Shown here piece by piece: positions 1 to 7,105 of a DNA stretch of 64,000 bases. Where the stretch lies: the NCBI GenBank assembly GCA_934254835.1, contig CAKQMI010000002.1:10240-74239 (forward strand), in the 5' to 3' direction. The stretch is from an uncultured Clostridia bacterium. Lineage in GTDB: Bacteria; Bacillota; Clostridia; Christensenellales; CAG-917. The translations under genes and the position numbers were made by a program. Position 1 is the first letter of the stretch; each line of letters opens with the position of its first letter. The notes under the pieces are model-generated. The model ran no database searches and was not told where the DNA came from. It was given only the letters and a program-made list of their open reading frames with translations.

Positions 1-202
1 GACAACGGTTGCCGACGTCCTCAACAAAAAGTACGGGATTGCCGTCCGCGCGGGACTGCACTGCGCTCCGCTTATCCACAACTACCTCGGCACGCTTGAA
101 AAAGGCGCGGTGAGAATAAGCGTCGGCTACAACAATAAAAACGCGGACGTCGAAAAGTTAATCGAAGCAATCCGCGAGATAGCAAATACCGACCGAGAAT
201 AA
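1..202 (+). CDS. C-terminal fragment of a class V aminotransferase / cysteine desulfurase-family PLP enzyme (5' end outside the window)
   Basis: Frame 2 reads without stops: TTVADVLNKKYGIAVRAGLHCAPLIHNYLGTLEKGAVRISVGYNNKNADVEKLIEAIREIANTDRE, with TAA at 200-202. The R-x-G-x-HCA block and the VRIS tail are typical of NifS/SufS/Csd-type enzymes. Confidence 0.6.
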   Translation, partial: TTVADVLNKKYGIAVRAGLHCAPLIHNYLGTLEKGAVRISVGYNNKNADVEKLIEAIREIANTDRE

Positions 203-258
203 TACAATAACGGCATTGTTATGGTTTTCGGTCGGCATTGAAATATAAATAAAATAAT

Positions 259-1551
259 TTACAGTTTTTTAAGGCGTTCTTGGCGTTCTTTCACGACTTT
301 TTCATAGCCGTGGTCGGTGGGAACGTAAAATTTTGCGTCTTTCAGGTCGTCAGGCAGGTATTGCTGTTCCACATAGCCACCGTAGTCGTGCGGATATTTA
401 TAGCCCGAAATTTTTTCTTGCTTATAGTTCACGTCGCGAAGATAGACGGGGACTTCCTCTTTTTTCACCGTTTGGACGGCTTGTTCGGCATTGTCGCGCG
501 CCACCACGACGCTGTTGGATTTTTCGCTTTCGCAAACGTATATTATGGCTTCGGTAAGCGGGAGTTTGCCCTCGGGCATACCGATTTTTTCATACGCTAC
601 AAGCGCGTTCGTCGCGACGACCAAAGCGTTGGGGTTTGCCATACCGACGTCTTCTGCCGAGTGCGCGATGATACGCCTGAAAATCAGCAACGGATCGCAA
701 CCTGCGTCTATAAGACGCATCGCCCAGTAAAGACCTGCGTTGCTGTCGCTTCCTCGCAGTGATTTGCAAAACGCCGACAGCATATCGTAATAGTTGTCCT
801 CGCTTATCGACAGCACCCGTTTTTGTATGCTTTGCGAGGCGATTTCTTTCGTGATATGGATTGTGCCGTCTTTTGATGCGGACGTCGTCACGACGGCAAG
901 TTCCAGTGCGTTCAACGCCGTTCTTACGTCACCGCCCGACGCCCAGGCAAGGTGCTCCAATGCCCCGCTTTCCGCAACGACGTTCATATCGAGAAGCCCG
1001 CGTTTGTCGTTTATCGCGCGGTTTAACGCCTTCCAGACGTCCTTGTCGGTCAGCGAGTGAAACTCGAACAATCGGCACCTCGACACAATAGCCTTCGTCA
1101 TCGACACAAAGGGATTTTCCGTCGTGCTTCCGATAAACACGATATAGCCCTGCTCGATTGCCGACAACACGCTGTCCGACTGCGCCTTGTTCCAGCGATG
1201 ACATTCGTCCAACAGTAAATAAGTCTTCTTTCCGTACATCATCAGACGATTTTTGGCTTCCTCGATGACTCGCTTTGCGTCGGCGACACCGCTCGACACC
1301 GCGTTCAAAATCTCAAAATGACTGTTGGTATTGTTGGCGATAATATTTGCAAGCGTGGTCTTGCCCGTGCCCGGAGGTCCGTAAAAAATGCAACTCCCGA
1401 GCCTGTCCGCGGAAATCGCGCGACGAAGCAGACTGCCTTCGCCCACGATGTGCTCCTGCCCGATAAACTCGTTCAGCGTCGTGGGGCGCATGCGCTCTGC
1501 AAGAGGTCTTAGCCCGTTGTCTTGTTGGTTTGCATACTCGAATAAATCCAT
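259..1551 (-). CDS. rarA: Replication-associated recombination protein A (AAA+ ATPase RarA/MgsA)
   Basis: 430-aa ORF with ATG start. Walker A motif FYGPPGTGKTTLA, and an N-terminus LAERMRPTTLNEFIGQEHIVG typical of RarA/YrvN. Confidence 0.93.
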   Translation of the reverse strand: MDLFEYANQQDNGLRPLAERMRPTTLNEFIGQEHIVGEGSLLRRAISADRLGSCIFYGPPGTGKTTLANIIANNTNSHFEILNAVSSGVADAKRVIEEAKNRLMMYGKKTYLLLDECHRWNKAQSDSVLSAIEQGYIVFIGSTTENPFVSMTKAIVSRCRLFEFHSLTDKDVWKALNRAINDKRGLLDMNVVAESGALEHLAWASGGDVRTALNALELAVVTTSASKDGTIHITKEIASQSIQKRVLSISEDNYYDMLSAFCKSLRGSDSNAGLYWAMRLIDAGCDPLLIFRRIIAHSAEDVGMANPNALVVATNALVAYEKIGMPEGKLPLTEAIIYVCESEKSNSVVVARDNAEQAVQTVKKEEVPVYLRDVNYKQEKISGYKYPHDYGGYVEQQYLPDDLKDAKFYVPTDHGYEKVVKERQERLKKL

Positions 1552-1577
1552 ATTTTGATTTTATCATATCGCATTTT

Positions 1578-4115
1578 TTATTGCAAGGAATTTTTGACTT
1601 TCTTATCATTTCGCGGTTTTTGTTTTTTCGTTTTTTTAAGTTTAAATTTTTCGGGTTTTTTCAAAAGTCTTTTTCCCGACACCGCGTGGCGAATTTCAGC
1701 ACAAAAAATTATCGTGTTTTTAAGCGCGAAATACGGCAACGTCAGCAATGAAAACAAGTCGGATAAGAATACTTTTATGAGGTTTTTCAGATACTTTTTC
1801 GGGCAATTATCGACAAACACTTCAAAAAATCCGCACAACAAAACCACCACCGTTTTTATAAAAAACAACGTCAAAAAATATGCAACGCCCCATAGATTTC
1901 CAAAAACAACGCCCAAGATTATTAGTGCAAAAAAGCACGGAACGGATAATACAATAATTCCGTTAATAACCGTCAAAAAGTCGATAAATTTGTTGATTTT
2001 TTTGTTGTTTTCATTTTTAATTGTAATATTTGCAAACGGCAAAAGTTTGACGGCATTGCGCTTTTTTGCGTCTTTTTCGGAAAAAACCGCTTTGATATTT
2101 TTCGGCGCGCGCTCGTACACGCTTACCCCCGACGCGCCCGCGTCAAGTAATTTTGCCTCGATAAATTCGGCAGGCGAAACGTTTTTTATATCGTCCTCGT
2201 TTTTCACAACGAATTTTTCAAGGTCGTATATCCCCTTCCCCGTCGAAATACTTTCCCTGAAAATGCAGTGAAAACGGCTTTGGAAATCCGCGCGGTTTTC
2301 ATCTTCTTCCCCGCCATAAATAAAGCGTAAAAACGCCGATGACAAAGAACGTTTGTTTGTCTTTTCGATAAACGAAAGACAATCGTATTTTTGATTTTCC
2401 GCATGCGAAAACTCGTTGACCGCCCGCAACACCCCTTTTTGGTCAAGCTCGTCAAAGAGGTCAAGCGTGATGAAATACTTTGGCTTGTCGGCATTTTGAA
2501 AGCCGATAAGTCGCAAAAATTTATCGCTGTTGCCGAAATATAAAAAGTCTGAATAATCTTTGACGGCGTTCAATTTCCTTGCCTTTTCGCTCTGCTCGCC
2601 TTTTTTGTTCTCGTGCTTTTTCACGGCGACGCGAAGAAATGACGGCACTTCAAAATACGGCAATGACAAGATTTTTTCGTCATTCACATTTTCGTCGCAA
2701 ATATTCAGGTCGATTATGAGCGTAAAAGTGGCATTTTCGTCGCGGTTGAAGTCAAAAACCTGCCTTAAATACTCGACGGCGCGTCGTATATCGTTTTCGT
2801 CATAAACGCACACGGGCACCACGACGTCGGTTTTATATTCCGATGGGATTTTTTCATAGTTTCGGCTGAACACGGGTTTTTTGGGTAAAATCGCCAAAAA
2901 TACTTTGTTTGTAAGGATATAAGCGACGTCCGAAAACGCAAACATCGCAAAAACCACCGAAATAATTTGCAAATATAATTTGTCAAACGCAAAATAACTT
3001 ACGGCACAAAGCCCCGAAAGTACGACGAAAAACACTAAGATATACAATGCGGATTTGTTGATTTTTCGCGGTTTTTTCAAAAGAGGTTTGTCTTTTTCAA
3101 TGCTTTTGAACAGCGACTTGTCGGACGAAAACAACCCGCCGATAAGCCCGTTTTTTGAAAACTTCATCACCCTTTTTATATACTCGTCTTCCAAAATATT
3201 TATTTCGTCGGACTTTTTCAAAACAAGCGACAGACACACTTTTTTGGACGTTTCCGATGACAAAGAAAATTCGCAGTCGGTCATCGCGACGGCGTAAACG
3301 GGAAGCCTTTTGTAAAGTCCGTCCAAGACGCAATCGACCGCCGACAAACTATCGATAAGGTTGTTTGTCAATATATTATTTTCGGTGACAAATTCGGAAA
3401 AAATCTGTAAATCGTCGGCAATATCTTCGCCCGATGCGATGACATTTTTTATTTTGAAATAGCATTTTTTGTTGTTTTTTTCAACAAAACTCATAAAAAT
3501 ACTGTTGTTAATGTACTTTTTGACAACCCTTTCGGACGTTCTTGACAGCCTGTTCATTTTGTCCAAACACCTTGCCTTGTCATAAACTACCGCGATTTTT
3601 TCAAGCAACGCGACCTTGAATACGGCGGGCATATTTTCGGCTTCGCTGAAAGTAAACGCACGCTCTTTTATAAACGTGTCAAACGCCTTTTCGACGGCGT
3701 CTTTCGTGACGCAACCGAAATTCATCGCCACGCACGCCCTTGCAAAAATCAGTGCGCGAGGCTCTTTGTTGTGCGGTAAATCAAAAAAATCAAAATGATT
3801 TTCGTCAAAGATTTTCAAAATGTTTTTTTCGTTTTCGTACAGCAATTTTTCAAAGGGGTAAACCTCTTTGCCCTTTTTGACTTTTTTCGATATGACCTTG
3901 CACCCTTTTTTTATCGCGGACTTTATCGGGGCGACGTCGATGCCTTTCCCCGACGGCTCGGGTGCGGACAGCCTTTTGGACAGTTCCTCGATTTTCCTTA
4001 AAAACACCTCTTCGTTTTCATAGAGCGCAACGTCCTTATAGTACTTTTTCCCGAGTTTTTTCAGAATGCCGAACAGACAAAACAAAACTATGACGGCACA
4101 AAAGAATATAAACAT
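1578..4115 (-). CDS. Large (845 aa) lysine-rich multi-pass membrane protein of unknown function, with weak resemblance to the membrane glycosyltransferase core of cyclic beta-1,2-glucan synthase-type (GT84) proteins
   Basis: Uninterrupted 845-aa ORF. It has an N-terminal TM helix, central TM helices (ALYILVFFVVLSGLCAVSYFAF, IISVVFAMFAFSDVAYIL) and C-terminal TM helices. The segment DVVVPVCVYDENDIRRAVEYLRQVFDFNRDENATFTLIIDL resembles the xVVxPxLL...LE...N.D.N..FALL.D block of GT84 enzymes. The gene looks more A/T-rich than its neighbours by eye. Confidence 0.5.
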   Translation of the reverse strand: MFIFFCAVIVLFCLFGILKKLGKKYYKDVALYENEEVFLRKIEELSKRLSAPEPSGKGIDVAPIKSAIKKGCKVISKKVKKGKEVYPFEKLLYENEKNILKIFDENHFDFFDLPHNKEPRALIFARACVAMNFGCVTKDAVEKAFDTFIKERAFTFSEAENMPAVFKVALLEKIAVVYDKARCLDKMNRLSRTSERVVKKYINNSIFMSFVEKNNKKCYFKIKNVIASGEDIADDLQIFSEFVTENNILTNNLIDSLSAVDCVLDGLYKRLPVYAVAMTDCEFSLSSETSKKVCLSLVLKKSDEINILEDEYIKRVMKFSKNGLIGGLFSSDKSLFKSIEKDKPLLKKPRKINKSALYILVFFVVLSGLCAVSYFAFDKLYLQIISVVFAMFAFSDVAYILTNKVFLAILPKKPVFSRNYEKIPSEYKTDVVVPVCVYDENDIRRAVEYLRQVFDFNRDENATFTLIIDLNICDENVNDEKILSLPYFEVPSFLRVAVKKHENKKGEQSEKARKLNAVKDYSDFLYFGNSDKFLRLIGFQNADKPKYFITLDLFDELDQKGVLRAVNEFSHAENQKYDCLSFIEKTNKRSLSSAFLRFIYGGEEDENRADFQSRFHCIFRESISTGKGIYDLEKFVVKNEDDIKNVSPAEFIEAKLLDAGASGVSVYERAPKNIKAVFSEKDAKKRNAVKLLPFANITIKNENNKKINKFIDFLTVINGIIVLSVPCFFALIILGVVFGNLWGVAYFLTLFFIKTVVVLLCGFFEVFVDNCPKKYLKNLIKVFLSDLFSLLTLPYFALKNTIIFCAEIRHAVSGKRLLKKPEKFKLKKTKKQKPRNDKKVKNSLQ

Positions 4116-4151
4116 AACTTGATTTTTGCCGTTTTTTAAAAATCAAACCAT

Positions 4152-4184
4152 AAAAAAAGATTGTCGGTTCATGCGCCGACAATC
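4152..4184 (-). terminator. Rho-independent terminator of the RNase P-like RNA unit
   Basis: The minus strand reads GATTGTCGG-CGCATGAA-CCGACAATC followed by UUUUUUU. Confidence 0.75.
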
Positions 4185-4192
4185 CTTATGAT

Positions 4193-4314
4193 GCGAGATT
4201 AGTCTGTAAGCCGAGTTCTGTCTTGAAGTCGCCTTCACAGGTATTTCACCTGCACCCTGCCTTGTGATGCTCGGACTTTCCTCATCTTGCGATGCGACCG
4301 TCCGGCTAACTCGC
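4193..4314 (-). ncRNA. 122-nt RNase P RNA-like minimal core: P1-P4 plus a P8-like hairpin, with no S-domain and no P15-P18
   Basis: The minus strand carries GAGGAAAGUCCGAGC (CR-I), AGGCAGGGUGCAGGUGAAAUACCUG (like the E. coli P7/P8 region) and ACAGAACUCGGCUUA (CR-V). Pairings that can be drawn: P1 GCGAG-UUAG/CUAA-U-CUCGC, P2 GGUCGC/GCGACU, P3 CAUC-GCAA-GAUG, and P4 AAG(U)CCGAG/CUCGGCUU with the bulged U. The unit has its own promoter and terminator. Confidence 0.6.
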
Positions 4315-4320
4315 AAAGCG

Positions 4321-4349
4321 AGTATACCCGAAAAACCCCGCAATGTCAA
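4321..4349 (-). promoter_or_regulatory. Sigma-A type promoter of the RNase P-like RNA
   Basis: On the minus strand: TTGACA (4344-4349), a 17-nt spacer, then TATACT (4321-4326). The predicted +1 is about 7 nt downstream, at the first G of helix P1 (about 4314). Confidence 0.6.
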
Positions 4350-4382
4350 GAAGATTGTCCCCTTTCGGGAAATTGTCTTCGA

Positions 4383-4467
4383 CAGTGATATGCCGTTGGC
4401 GTGATATTGCTTACGCAGTTATATTGTCTTCGACAGTGATATTTGCCCTGCGGGCAAGTTATGGATA
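4383..4467. repeat. Dispersed intergenic repeat (CAGTGATAT...TTGCCCnnnGGGCAA family), copy A, with an 18-nt internal duplication
   Basis: cagtgatatgccgttggcgtgatattgcttacgcagt[tatattgtcttcgacagt]gatatttgccctgcgggcaagttatggata aligns with 9666-9732, apart from the bracketed duplication and a few substitutions. Confidence 0.75.
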
Positions 4468-4493
4468 AATACCTTAGCTTCGGCTGAAAGCCG

Positions 4494-4557
4494 AAATATA
4501 ACTTGCGAAGCAAATATAACTTGCGAAGCAAATATAACTTGCGAAGCAAATATAACT
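4494..4557. repeat. Perfect tandem repeat, 18 nt x 3.5 (AAATATAACTTGCGAAGC)
   Basis: Units at 4494-4511, 4512-4529 and 4530-4547, plus a partial unit at 4548-4557. Each unit contains a TTGC-GAA-GCAA mini-hairpin. Confidence 0.95.
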
Positions 4558-4599
4558 GTCCGCCCGCAACGGCAAATTGATTTGCCGTTGCGGGCGGAC
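4558..4599. repeat. Perfect 19-bp inverted repeat (hairpin) with a 4-nt loop
   Basis: gtccgcccgcaacggcaaa-ttga-tttgccgttgcgggcggac. It sits directly between the tandem repeat and the sigK upstream region. Confidence 0.9.
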
Positions 4600-4653
4600 T
4601 TGCACTTTCCTCCTTTTTTCGACATATACTGTTTTTACTTTGGAGGCGTGATT

Positions 4654-5355
4654 TTGCTGGATAGTTTGTTTTTAATGCTCAAAAACCTTTTGATATTCTC
4701 GTCCTACGTCGAAAACAAAAACTCTTTCCCGAAGCCTCTGTCGCGGGAAAAAGAGGCGGAGTACGTTTTGCGCGCCGAGCAAGGCGACAAAGAGGCGACG
4801 GAACTTTTGATACGTCATAATCTCAGGCTTGTCGCGCACATCGCAAAAAAGTACGGCAACTACCCCGACACCGACGAACTTATCTCAATCGGAAGCATCG
4901 GACTTATCAAGGCCATCAGGACGTACAAATCGGGAAAAGGCACCGCCCTTGCGACCTACGCCGCAAAATGCATCGAAAACGAAATACTGATGACTCTGCG
5001 CGTCAACAAAAAGCACAAAAACAACGTGTCGCTGAACGATCCCGTCGGCACCGACCGCGACGGCAACGAACTGACGATAATCGATATGCTGTCCACCGAC
5101 GAGGAAGGAGTCATCGCCGACGTCGAAAATCGCCTGCTTATCGAAAAGGTTTCGGAAATCGTGAAAACCTCGCTTGACAAACGCGAGTACGAAATCATCA
5201 AAATGCGATACGGCTTGAACGACACGCCGTCCCTGACACAGCGCGAGGTTGCCGAAAAGTTCGGGATATCCCGAAGTTATATTTCGCGGATTGAAAAAAA
5301 GGCGTTGCAAAAAATAAAAACAGCCGTCCTTAAAAACGACTTCGATTTCAATTAA
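4654..5355 (+). CDS. sigK: Sporulation sigma factor SigK (pro-sigma-K), uninterrupted
   Basis: LIFSSYVENKNSFPKPLSREKE matches the pro-sequence/cleavage region of B. subtilis SigK (LVSYVKNNAFPQPLS). Also present: [27 protein letters not shown] and a C-terminal GISRSYISRIEKKAL. Start chosen at TTG 4654, 7 nt after GGAGG (4642-4646). GTG 4648 and TTG 4582 are in-frame alternatives. Confidence 0.85.
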   Translation: MLDSLFLMLKNLLIFSSYVENKNSFPKPLSREKEAEYVLRAEQGDKEATELLIRHNLRLVAHIAKKYGNYPDTDELISIGSIGLIKAIRTYKSGKGTALATYAAKCIENEILMTLRVNKKHKNNVSLNDPVGTDRDGNELTIIDMLSTDEEGVIADVENRLLIEKVSEIVKTSLDKREYEIIKMRYGLNDTPSLTQREVAEKFGISRSYISRIEKKALQKIKTAVLKNDFDFN

Positions 5356-6158
5356 ATGCTGATTTTTTTGGCGTTTAGATAATACAAAAAACTGCCTTTA
5401 TCAAAGAAAAAAACAAGTTTTTTTGCCGTTAATTGCTGTTTTTTGACACCGAATTTGTCGTTTATATCATCGCGACCGTACTTGCCGTCGCCCAAAATAA
5501 AGTGTCCGTGTGCGGAAAGTTGCGCGCGGATTTGGTGGGTTTTTCCGTTGTGGATAGTCACCTCGACAAGCGTCGAATTTTTGTCGTATCCCACGACTTT
5601 GACGCTCGCCTCGACCGGCACCGCGCCCGCTCGTTTTTCCTGAAAAATCCTGACCTTGCCCTCTTTGGCGTTTTTCAAAAGTAAGTCGCGATAGACAACG
5701 TCGCTTGGGACTTTTCCGTAAACGCGCGCCTCGTAAACCTTTTCGATTTTTTCCGCCTTGAAGCCTTTTGAGATTTCCTCCGCCGATTTTTCGTTCAACG
5801 CAAAAATCAAAAGCCCGTCGGTGTTGGTGTCGAGGCGGTGGCAAAGTATCGCCGATTTTTCATACTCTCTCAAGATACTTTCGGCGGAAATATCGCCCTC
5901 GCTTTTCAGCCCTTTCGGCTTATAGACGATAAGAATATTTTGGTCGCGATAGACTTCTTTGAGCCTCATATCCTTGGCATAGCACCTTATCGTCGCCCCG
6001 CTTTCGACAACGACGTCGTCGCCGACTTTCACGCCGTCCACGCGAATTTCCTTATCTTTGATAAGTTTCAAAATCGCATTATAAGAAAACAGCGGATAAT
6101 ACTCCGCCGTAATTTTTGAAAGCCGTTGGGGTTTTCCGTTGTAAACGAACTCTTTCAT
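5352..6158 (-). CDS. RluA-family pseudouridine synthase with an S4-like N-terminus
   Basis: 268 aa. HRLDTNTDGLLIFA catalytic Asp motif and GKTHQIRAQL motif. The start ATG overlaps the nrdR stop (TAATG). Confidence 0.85.
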   Translation of the reverse strand: MKEFVYNGKPQRLSKITAEYYPLFSYNAILKLIKDKEIRVDGVKVGDDVVVESGATIRCYAKDMRLKEVYRDQNILIVYKPKGLKSEGDISAESILREYEKSAILCHRLDTNTDGLLIFALNEKSAEEISKGFKAEKIEKVYEARVYGKVPSDVVYRDLLLKNAKEGKVRIFQEKRAGAVPVEASVKVVGYDKNSTLVEVTIHNGKTHQIRAQLSAHGHFILGDGKYGRDDINDKFGVKKQQLTAKKLVFFFDKGSFLYYLNAKKISI

Positions 6159-6655
6159 TACTTTTTATCTTTGTTTTTTTTGCCGTCGGCTGTCAAGGTT
6201 TCTTTGAGTTGCACCAAACTTTCGATTTCGTTCAAAAGGGTGTTGATATCCTTGAACTGACGGTGGACGCTTGCAAATCTGACGTAGGCGACCTCGTCGA
6301 GCGACTTCAACTCTTCCATGACCATATCGCCGATTTCCGCGCTTGTGATTTCCTGTTCGAGGCTGTTGTAAACCTGCTTTTGGACGTTGTTGATGACTTT
6401 ATCGACGTCGTACATCGAAACGGGGCGTTTTTCGCACGCTTTCATAACGCCGGCGCGGATTTTGTTGACGTCGAAAGCCTGACGATTTCCGCTTTTTTTG
6501 ACGACCATGACGGGGGTATATTCAACCGTTTCGTAGGTTGTAAAGCGTTTTCCGCAGTTGACGCACTCTCTGCGACGTCTGATCGACGTGCCGTCCTCGT
6601 TCAATCTGCTGTCAACGACCTTGCTGTCCAAACAACCGCAGTACATACATTTCAT
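6158..6655 (-). CDS. nrdR: Transcriptional repressor NrdR
   Basis: MKCMYCGCLDSKVVDSRLNEDGTSIRRRRECVNCGKRFTTYE is a zinc ribbon followed by an ATP-cone. Start set at the ATG preceded by GAGGTG; the track ORF extends 6 codons further upstream. Confidence 0.92.
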   Translation of the reverse strand: MKCMYCGCLDSKVVDSRLNEDGTSIRRRRECVNCGKRFTTYETVEYTPVMVVKKSGNRQAFDVNKIRAGVMKACEKRPVSMYDVDKVINNVQKQVYNSLEQEITSAEIGDMVMEELKSLDEVAYVRFASVHRQFKDINTLLNEIESLVQLKETLTADGKKNKDKK

Positions 6656-6768
6656 ATAACACCTCAAACACAATGAATTGCCGAAACAATGAGTTCAACG
6701 TTACTATCATACAACATATTGTGGTCGAGGTCAAGTTTTTCAAACAATTTGGCGATTTTTGTTGATTT

Positions 6769-7065
6769 TTATCTTGCGGGAGGTGCGGATTCCTCGTCAT
6801 CTTCCGCAAAAACTTTTGCGGTATTTTGCGAAAGTTCCACCAAAACCGCGTCGGTGCCGATTTTGATGACGTTGCGCCACGGAATAAACAACGAGTCCCC
6901 CGACGTCAACCCTTTCAAAAACTTCGCGTTGCCCGGCACGATTATCCCGAACACCTGCCCGCGACAAGTAAAAGCGATGTCCACCGCCCTGCCGAGACTT
7001 CTGCCGTCGATGACGTTTATGACGTCCTTTTCCCTGATTTCGCAAAAAGTATATTCCTTTCCCAT
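6769..7065 (-). CDS. YlmC/YmxH-family sporulation protein (PRC-barrel)
   Basis: 98 aa. CEIREKDVINVIDGRSLGRAVDIAF...IPWRNVIKIGTDAVLV is the YlmC/YmxH signature. Its position next to sigG is conserved in spore formers. Confidence 0.85.
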   Translation of the reverse strand: MGKEYTFCEIREKDVINVIDGRSLGRAVDIAFTCRGQVFGIIVPGNAKFLKGLTSGDSLFIPWRNVIKIGTDAVLVELSQNTAKVFAEDDEESAPPAR

Positions 7066-7105
7066 AGGAAAAACTTATGCGCACCCCAATGAAATAATGC
7101 GGTTA

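Noticed and set aside
1555-2271. 238-aa plus-strand ORF
   Set aside because: It is antisense to the 845-aa membrane protein ORF in an A/T-rich region. Its F/K/S-rich translation is typical of poly-A/T frames.
4193-4314. Alternative identities for the small RNA: SRP (4.5S/scRNA), 6S RNA or tmRNA
   Set aside because: There is no SRP domain IV motif (GGUCC-GGAA-GGAAGCAGC). There is no 6S-type long irregular hairpin with a central bubble, because the best pairings are pseudoknotted. There is no tRNA-like acceptor end and no tag ORF. The three long matches are specifically to RNase P CR-I, the P7/P8 region and CR-V.
4494-4557. Possible CRISPR array
   Set aside because: The 18-nt units are directly adjacent with no spacers. 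There are only 3.5 units and no cas genes in the window. This is a simple tandem repeat.
4346-4625. Minus-strand ORFs of 67-68 aa (LRKLYLLRKLYLLRKLY..., VIFASQVIFASQVIFASQ...)
   Set aside because: They are translations of the 18-nt tandem repeat and the neighbouring repeat elements. They overlap each other in two frames and have no SD.
4582-5355. A skin-like interruption or prophage in sigK
   Set aside because: The reading frame is continuous through all sigma-70 regions 2-4, from the pro-sequence to the C-terminal HTH. No recombinase or phage gene is nearby.
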